Origin: a virus
Taxonomy: Duplodnaviria; Caudoviricetes
IMG/VR virus record: IMGVR_UViG_3300044580_000288
Span: 1 to 40,338 of that record
DNA: 40,338 nt
Strand: one strand, 5' to 3'
The notes below the pieces were generated by a model that saw only the letters and a program-made list of their open reading frames with translations, did not search any database and was not told the DNA's origin. Below are positions 35,004 to 40,338 of this stretch, piece after piece. Position 1 is the first letter of the stretch. Each line of letters begins with the position of its first letter. The position numbers were made by a program, and so were the translations under genes.

Positions 35004-35548
35004 TTTCATTTGATCCTTGCAGACATGAATATCGTGACGGAGAAATTATTATACGATCGGTGACTCAGATACTCAAGGATGCTGGGATTATAGATAACAA
35101 GTGGTACTCAGAAGAAGCTCGCGATAGAGGCAGCGCAGTCCATGATCTTTGCGAACGATATGCACAAGGTAAGCGGGTGGACAATCTTGGTCGCCCGCTT
35201 GCTGCGCTTGAATATGTTAATGCTTTCGCGAATTGGATTCATCTATGTCATGTCTATGCGATAGAGACAGAAAAAATCATAACAGGTGAAATAAATGGCC
35301 ATCGATATGCTGGACGTTTTGATCTTAAAGCAGATATCAATGGAAAAACCGTTATGGTTGATATTAAAACAGGTAAAAAAGCAAAGTGGCACAAGATTCA
35401 ACTCGCTGCTTACACGCTCTCAGAGAATACACAAAAAGCAATGGAACTATATTTACATCCTGATGGTGCATTCATTCAAGACTATCTTACACCAAGCCAA
35501 CTTCTTTGGGGAATTGAAGAATTTAAGAAGGCAATAGCAAAGGAGTGA
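35000..35548 (+). CDS. PD-(D/E)XK exonuclease
   Basis: 'SVTQIL', 'RGSAVH', 'YAGRFD', 'VDIKTG', 'QLAAY'. Confidence 0.85.
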   Translation: MISFDPCRHEYRDGEIIIRSVTQILKDAGIIDNKWYSEEARDRGSAVHDLCERYAQGKRVDNLGRPLAALEYVNAFANWIHLCHVYAIETEKIITGEINGHRYAGRFDLKADINGKTVMVDIKTGKKAKWHKIQLAAYTLSENTQKAMELYLHPDGAFIQDYLTPSQLLWGIEEFKKAIAKE

Positions 35549-35880
35549 ATATGGAACAACTTGAGCTTTTTCCTAATCTTCCTGTGCAATATAGAGAAGA
35601 TTCGATTCAGGGACGGTTTGAACAATTCCATAAAAACAATCCACATGTGTATCGCAATCTTGTCAAGCTCGCGCGTGCGGTGCGTCAACAAAATCCACAT
35701 GCAAAGATTGGCATTGCGGCGCTCTTTGAAGAGCTGCGATGGCAATACGCTATTCAAACAACTGATACCGACTACAGGCTTAATAACAACTACCGCAGCC
35801 GCTATGCACGCTTAATCGAAGAGCAAGAACCTGACTTAAAGGGCATATTCGAGACTCGTCGGCTTAGGGAGCGCGTATGA
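35545..35880 (+). CDS. Conserved phage hypothetical protein
   Basis: 'FEQFHKNNPHVY...FEELRW...LNNNYRSRYARL...FETR'; AAGGAG RBS (start could be ATG 35551). Confidence 0.75.
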   Translation: MNMEQLELFPNLPVQYREDSIQGRFEQFHKNNPHVYRNLVKLARAVRQQNPHAKIGIAALFEELRWQYAIQTTDTDYRLNNNYRSRYARLIEEQEPDLKGIFETRRLRERV

Positions 35881-35912
35881 CACTCGTTCAATATCGTATC
35901 AGTAGGCTAAGG

Positions 35913-35974
35913 AAGGCCACAAGGACTCTACCCTTCACTGTATTTGGGCAAATGGTTCTTGTGGCCTTTTTATT
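35913..35974 (+). terminator. Long hairpin plus T tract upstream of the replication initiator
   Basis: AAGGCCACAAGGAC (35913-26) pairs with GTTCTTGTGGCCTT (35955-68), followed by TTTATT. Confidence 0.6.
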
Positions 35975-36004
35975 GGTCATTGTCTTAGTAACGGTGGTGG
36001 TTCT

Positions 36005-36763
36005 ATGAAAGGTCTATGGTTGAGGCTGTACGTCGATGTGCTGAATAATAGGAAGGTACAAACACTTCCAGACAGCACCTTCAAATTCTGGATAAATCTA
36101 TTATGCGCCGTCAAAGAAAGCCAAAACGATGGTACGATTCCTGATATTGAAGATATCGCATTCAAACTAAGGCTTTCTAAGAAGGCCGTTGAGAAGCATC
36201 TCAAAGCTCTTAGAGATGCGAGGCTTATTGATGATGACATAATACACGACTGGCAAGAGCTGCAACCCAAAAGCGATGAGGACCCGACCGCCAAAGATCG
36301 CAAAGCTCGTCAGCGCGGAAAAGAGAAAGAAGTCACGGAGCCTGTCATAGAATCTCCAGAGCAACAAACACCAGAAGAGTCACAACCTGTCACGCCTCAT
36401 GTCACGCGTGACATATACCGTGACATAAACCGTGACAGCATCACTAAAGCAACCGTGACAGCAAAAAATGTCACGCGTGACGTCACGGAAGATCGATATT
36501 TCCCCCTCTCACACTCTCCCCCTGAGAGCAGAGAAGAGCAGAGCAGAGGAGAGAAGAGTATGAGAGGAGAGGGGGAGAGGGCAGACCATTGTTTGGAAGC
36601 CCCTGCCTGTGGAAAACCTGTGGAAAACTCTGGTGACTTGAAAGCTCCTATAGGCACGCCGGAGCCGTTTTTAATGCGGCCCGGCGGCCTAGATAGTATA
36701 AGCGCCAAAGAGGCACTTGAAAGAACACTGCAAAAGCTTACAAAAAGGAGTGATTATGTATAG
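36005..36763 (+). CDS. Phage replication initiator (replisome organizer) containing the origin
   Basis: 'WLRLYVDVLNNRKVQTL...WINLLC', winged HTH, 'IHDWQELQ', internal iterons. Confidence 0.82.
   Translation: MKGLWLRLYVDVLNNRKVQTLPDSTFKFWINLLCAVKESQNDGTIPDIEDIAFKLRLSKKAVEKHLKALRDARLIDDDIIHDWQELQPKSDEDPTAKDRKARQRGKEKEVTEPVIESPEQQTPEESQPVTPHVTRDIYRDINRDSITKATVTAKNVTRDVTEDRYFPLSHSPPESREEQSRGEKSMRGEGERADHCLEAPACGKPVENSGDLKAPIGTPEPFLMRPGGLDSISAKEALERTLQKLTKRSDYV
36332..36627. repeat. Putative replication origin: GTCACG/CGTGAC iterons and two DnaA-box matches
   Basis: About 10 GTCACG/CGTGAC hexamers (36332-36487) including palindrome ATGTCACGCGTGACAT (36399-36414); TGTGGAAAA at 36608 and 36619. 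Confidence 0.8.
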
Positions 36764-37250
36764 CTATGGCTGGAAATTAAAAACTGCAAATAAGCCTGAT
36801 ATTGAGCATAAAAAGCAACGAAGGACTCTTGAGGAGATGAAGCTTGGAGAGCTCGAAAAAAAGCTCGACGATGAAGTTTCCTATTTCGTCAGAATGACGT
36901 ATGCAGACCCTACAGGCAAATACGTCACCTGCTATACCTGTGGCAAGCCTGGGCTCGTAAAAGAGATGCATGCAGGGCATTTTATCTCGCGCGTATGGCG
37001 TGGCACACGCTGGGATTTGCGAAATATTCGGCCACAATGTGTGAAATGTAATAGCTTTGAAGAGGGTCGCAAGGAGATTTTTGAGGAAAAATTGCTCAAA
37101 GAAATTGGTGAAAAAGGCATTGAAGAACTGGAAAATCTTCGAGATTTTTATGGACACAGGAAGATGCCGCGCGAATGGCTTATCTCAGAAATTAAGCGTT
37201 ATCGAAAGATCAATGCAAAAATAAGAGCAGAAAAAGGGGTGAAAGAATGA
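36756..37250 (+). CDS. ninG: NinG/Rap-like HNH endonuclease
   Basis: 'CYTCG', 'HAGHFISR', 'TRWDLRNIRPQCVKCN'. Confidence 0.85.
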   Translation: MYSYGWKLKTANKPDIEHKKQRRTLEEMKLGELEKKLDDEVSYFVRMTYADPTGKYVTCYTCGKPGLVKEMHAGHFISRVWRGTRWDLRNIRPQCVKCNSFEEGRKEIFEEKLLKEIGEKGIEELENLRDFYGHRKMPREWLISEIKRYRKINAKIRAEKGVKE

Positions 37251-37420
37251 AAACCATAACTCTCAATATTGAAGTCACCGAGCAAGAATTCGCCGCCCTC
37301 GTAAAAGAATATGAGCGCAAAGGGCTTGGTATTAGCCTCGAAAAATTCCCTGGCAATAAGCCTACACCGCTCGATATGGTGATAAAAAAACTCGTGGAAG
37401 CAAGAGAGGCAACGAAATGA
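37247..37420 (+). CDS. Hypothetical protein, 57 aa (not in ORF track)
   Basis: MKTITLNIEVTEQEFAALVKEY...; ATGA-coupled at both ends. Confidence 0.7.
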   Translation: MKTITLNIEVTEQEFAALVKEYERKGLGISLEKFPGNKPTPLDMVIKKLVEAREATK

Positions 37421-37638
37421 GCCTAGCAATTCATGAGGCTGAAAAGGTCATAGATCGAATAAATGAGCGTTTGAAATGGTTACCTGAAGATGAAAAATAT
37501 CCAGTCGAGCTCTCAAAAAAAGAGGCTGTTTGTCTAAAAAATCTTCTTGATGAGGCAAAATCCCAGGAAGATATTGGCATAAAACTTGAGCGGGAATTAC
37601 AGATCGCGCTTAAGAAATTAGAGCGTATAGAAGGTTAA
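37417..37638 (+). CDS. Hypothetical protein
   Basis: GAGG RBS; coupled to the previous gene. Confidence 0.7.
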   Translation: MSLAIHEAEKVIDRINERLKWLPEDEKYPVELSKKEAVCLKNLLDEAKSQEDIGIKLERELQIALKKLERIEG

Positions 37639-37650
37639 AGGAAGAAGTGT

Positions 37651-37761
37651 ATGTTAGAAATAATAAGCGTATTTATTGGAGGCCTCTTAGCCTCATTGAT
37701 AATGAACAAATTCATGATGTACTGCTTGAATAGGGGCGATAAAGAAAAACCAAGAAGGTAG
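37651..37761 (+). CDS. 36-aa single-TM peptide (not in ORF track)
   Basis: MLEIISVFIGGLLASLIMNKFMMYCLNRGDKEKPRR; fills the gap; AGGA upstream. Confidence 0.5.
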   Translation: MLEIISVFIGGLLASLIMNKFMMYCLNRGDKEKPRR

Positions 37762-37765
37762 AAAA

Positions 37766-38128
37766 ATGAGAAATATCACAGAAAAACAAGAAAATATACT
37801 GCTATATATAAGTGATTTTATAAAACAATATGGCTATTCTCCAACAGTCAGAGAAATAGGAAAACATTTTAATATCACTGCAAGTGCGGCATACGATCAT
37901 TTAATAGCATTGCAGAAAAAAGGATATATCTGCTGGGAGAAAAGGATTCCACGAACAAAAATTATTTTGAATGATAAATCGAATAATAGATTTGATCTAT
38001 CAACAATTGATGGTCAAATGAAAGCTCTTGTGTATTTGCATCCCATATTTGAGGCAATTAAAGATGATGAGAAACGAACAAACTTTATTGCTGCTGCTGG
38101 TGAGGCTTTGGGTATAACCAAACATTAA
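37766..38128 (+). CDS. LexA-type DNA-binding domain protein without peptidase domain
   Basis: 'ITEKQENILLYI..FIKQYGYSPTVREIGKHFNIT..AAYDHLIALQKKGYI...PRT'. Confidence 0.85.
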   Translation: MRNITEKQENILLYISDFIKQYGYSPTVREIGKHFNITASAAYDHLIALQKKGYICWEKRIPRTKIILNDKSNNRFDLSTIDGQMKALVYLHPIFEAIKDDEKRTNFIAAAGEALGITKH

Positions 38129-38138
38129 GAGGATCAAG

Positions 38139-38411
38139 ATGAAGCGATATAATTTATCTACATATTCTTACGAAGAAAATGATAAGGTAGACGCTTTCAT
38201 AAAAGATATAATCAAGGTATATAAAAAGCACGGCATGGTAGTGACTCCCGATATATTCGACTCAGAAATAGTAATTGAAGAGTTGAGAGATAAGGAGCTT
38301 GAAAAAATTAAGCAGGCTTCATTTTGGCTCAATAAAGAACAGTCAAAGTGGGTTGATCTTGCAGAAAAGACAGAGAAATTGCAGGATTTGAGAAAGAAGA
38401 ATGAGACGTAA
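38139..38411 (+). CDS. Hypothetical protein
   Basis: GAGGA RBS; 90 aa. Confidence 0.65.
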   Translation: MKRYNLSTYSYEENDKVDAFIKDIIKVYKKHGMVVTPDIFDSEIVIEELRDKELEKIKQASFWLNKEQSKWVDLAEKTEKLQDLRKKNET

Positions 38412-39099
38412 CGATAGCGTAGGTAAGCCTTTCAAAAAAGGTCAAAGTGGCAATCCTAAAGGTAGGCCCAAAAAGGAAGATTCATGGAAGGAGATTTTTA
38501 ATGAAATTCTTAGTATTAAAGATGTAAAAGGGCCAGATGGCAAGATGCTCTCGCGCAAGAGAGGAATTGCCGACAGGATGTCAAAAGAGGCACTAAAAGG
38601 TCGCGTGGAGGCCGCAAATTTCATCAGTAAATGGATCGAAAGTCCTGCGCCGACAAAGATTAGTCCAGTGGATGATGATGGAAATCATTTTGAGGGCGCA
38701 ATCTTCATGATGAAGAAGGAGTCACTTGCCTCATGGCAAAAGAAAGTAGCGAATATATCTGGAAGCCTCAACCAAGACAAGCCGAAGCTATGGCGTGCCC
38801 GGCATTCGAGCTCTTCTTTGGGGGCGCAAAAGGAGGGGGAAAATCAGACTTCCTCCTCGGAGATTGGCTCCAATATGCACCAGAATGGGGAGCAGCCTGG
38901 CGCGGAATACTCTTCAGGCGATCCTACCCAGAACTCGAAGAGCTCATCTCGAGGTCGAAAGAAATCTACAGTAAAATCCCAGGAGCCTACTACACCGGAG
39001 GAGATCAAAAAACCTGGCACATCCCCGCGCAAAAAGGCTCAAAATACCCAGGATACGCAACCCTCAGATTCAGAAGCCTCGACTCAGACCTCGACGTAG
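38401..39099 (+). CDS. terS: Putative terminase small subunit (DUF5681-like N-terminus)
   Basis: 'PFKKGQSGNPKGRPK' motif, 'ALKGRVEAANFI'; directly upstream of and overlapping TerL. Confidence 0.65.
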   Translation: MRRNDSVGKPFKKGQSGNPKGRPKKEDSWKEIFNEILSIKDVKGPDGKMLSRKRGIADRMSKEALKGRVEAANFISKWIESPAPTKISPVDDDGNHFEGAIFMMKKESLASWQKKVANISGSLNQDKPKLWRARHSSSSLGAQKEGENQTSSSEIGSNMHQNGEQPGAEYSSGDPTQNSKSSSRGRKKSTVKSQEPTTPEEIKKPGTSPRKKAQNTQDTQPSDSEASTQTST

Positions 39100-40148
39100 G
39101 AAAATACAATGGCCATCAATACCCATGGATCGCCTTCGACGAACTCACGGAATTCGCGAGTCCAGGCCCGTATGAGTTTATGATGGGAATATGTCGTAGC
39201 CCCCATGGAGCACCCTGTTTTATGCGAAGCACAGGTAACCCGGGACGTCCAGGGCATGTATGGGTGAAAGCCAGATTTATAGACGTCGCAAAACCAGGCG
39301 AAATATATGAATATGCCCCGAACCCAAAAGAACCCGATAAAAAACTCACCCGTTGCTTTATTCCTTCACGGCTCGAAGACAACAAAATTCTCATGGAGAA
39401 AGACCCAGAATACGAAAGAAGGCTCTATACATTCGCGCCGCATCTTGTGAAGGCTCTCCGCTGGGGAGACTGGGAGATTGTCGTAGGGCAAGTCTTTTCT
39501 GAATATTCCTATACTAAGCATGTGATTCCTCAGCAACCCCTTGATGAAACATGGTGCCGTTTTTGCTCTATGGACTGGGGCTATTCCAAGCCATTTTCTA
39601 TCGGATGGTATGCGGTAAACCAGGAAGGTCAAATTATCCGCTACAAAGAATTTTATGGTTATGGTGGACAGCCTAACGAGGGCCTTAGGATGGGCGCACG
39701 AGATGTCGCGCGGCGCGCCTGGGAAATGAGTGTACATGAGAATGTTACCCACATGGTCGCAGATCCTGCCTGCTGGTCAAAACTTGATGAAGGCCCAAGT
39801 ATCGCCGATACATTCGCTGAGGCTGGATTCGAGATGACAAAAGCCAACAATGACCGAATAAATGGGTTGCAACGAATCCATGAACTCATGCAGACTATCG
39901 GAGAAAATGGAAAGCCATATTTTCTTGTAATGGAGGGCTGTCACCATTGGATTCGCACAGTCCCCTACCTCACTGCCGATCCTAGAAATCCAGAAGATAT
40001 CGATACCGCGCTCGAAGACCATGCGTATGATGAAACACGCTATGCGGTTATGAGCGAATTCGCGATAAATCCACAAATACTGGTGCCAAAAAGAGCATTG
40101 CATGCTTATAAGACACCTCAATATGATCCATTGACCTATAATTTATAG
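38733..40148 (+). CDS. terL: Terminase large subunit
   Basis: 'WKPQPRQ', Walker A 'GGAKGGGKS', Walker B 'IAFDELTEF', 'STGNPG', nuclease 'MDWGYSKP' and 'EDHAYDETRY'. Confidence 0.95.
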   Translation: MAKESSEYIWKPQPRQAEAMACPAFELFFGGAKGGGKSDFLLGDWLQYAPEWGAAWRGILFRRSYPELEELISRSKEIYSKIPGAYYTGGDQKTWHIPAQKGSKYPGYATLRFRSLDSDLDVGKYNGHQYPWIAFDELTEFASPGPYEFMMGICRSPHGAPCFMRSTGNPGRPGHVWVKARFIDVAKPGEIYEYAPNPKEPDKKLTRCFIPSRLEDNKILMEKDPEYERRLYTFAPHLVKALRWGDWEIVVGQVFSEYSYTKHVIPQQPLDETWCRFCSMDWGYSKPFSIGWYAVNQEGQIIRYKEFYGYGGQPNEGLRMGARDVARRAWEMSVHENVTHMVADPACWSKLDEGPSIADTFAEAGFEMTKANNDRINGLQRIHELMQTIGENGKPYFLVMEGCHHWIRTVPYLTADPRNPEDIDTALEDHAYDETRYAVMSEFAINPQILVPKRALHAYKTPQYDPLTYNL

Positions 40149-40160
40149 AGGAGAAAGAAA

Positions 40161-40338
40161 ATGGCCAGAAAAGCAAAATTAGGAAGCGGAGCAAGATTCG
40201 CGGCAATAGAACGTAAAGCCGCCGCTTCTGGAGCGAAAAATCCAGCAGCAGTAGCCGCGAAAGCAGGGATAAAGAAATACGGTTACAATGCATGGCAAGA
40301 ACCATGGGGCGAAATAAATAGGCTCAATAATGAGGCAC
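40161..40338 (+). CDS. Small basic protein spanning the circular junction (continues to TAA at 118-120; 80 aa)
   Basis: GAGGAG RBS; MARKAKLGSGARFAAIERKAAASGAKNPAAVAAKAGIKKYG-YNAWQEPWG... stays in frame across the 55-bp overlap. Confidence 0.7.
   Translation, partial: MARKAKLGSGARFAAIERKAAASGAKNPAAVAAKAGIKKYGYNAWQEPWGEINRLNNEA
40284..40338. repeat. 55-bp terminal direct repeat (copy 2)
   Basis: Identical to 1-55. Confidence 0.95.

Overview
The window is a complete, circularly assembled temperate phage genome of about 40,283 bp: bases 40284-40338 repeat bases 1-55 exactly and an ORF reads through the junction. It has a BPP-1/T7-like podovirus virion module (portal, scaffold, major capsid, cement, tail tubular A/B, three ejection/internal proteins including a 2713-aa polyvalent protein, tail fibres). 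It carries an intact diversity-generating retroelement (target gene with VR 26451-26556, avd, TR 26968-27073, RT) between the receptor-binding gene and a tail chaperone gene. Also present: a lysis cassette with an M23 endolysin and a dual-frame spanin-like pair; a tyrosine integrase with an attP core made of the 3' half of tRNA-Arg(TCT); a lambda-like switch (leaderless HTH repressor versus a small RHH gene); recombination and replication genes with iterons and DnaA boxes; and terminase genes. The repressor and integrase sequence styles suggest a spirochaete host (recall-based inference). The most unusual signals are the DGR with an atypical VR end, a pseudoknotted leader RNA ahead of the head genes, (L/I)(F/Y)QG-delimited modules in the giant ejected protein, and the fully overlapping lysis ORFs. 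All protein family assignments come from motif recognition, not database searches.
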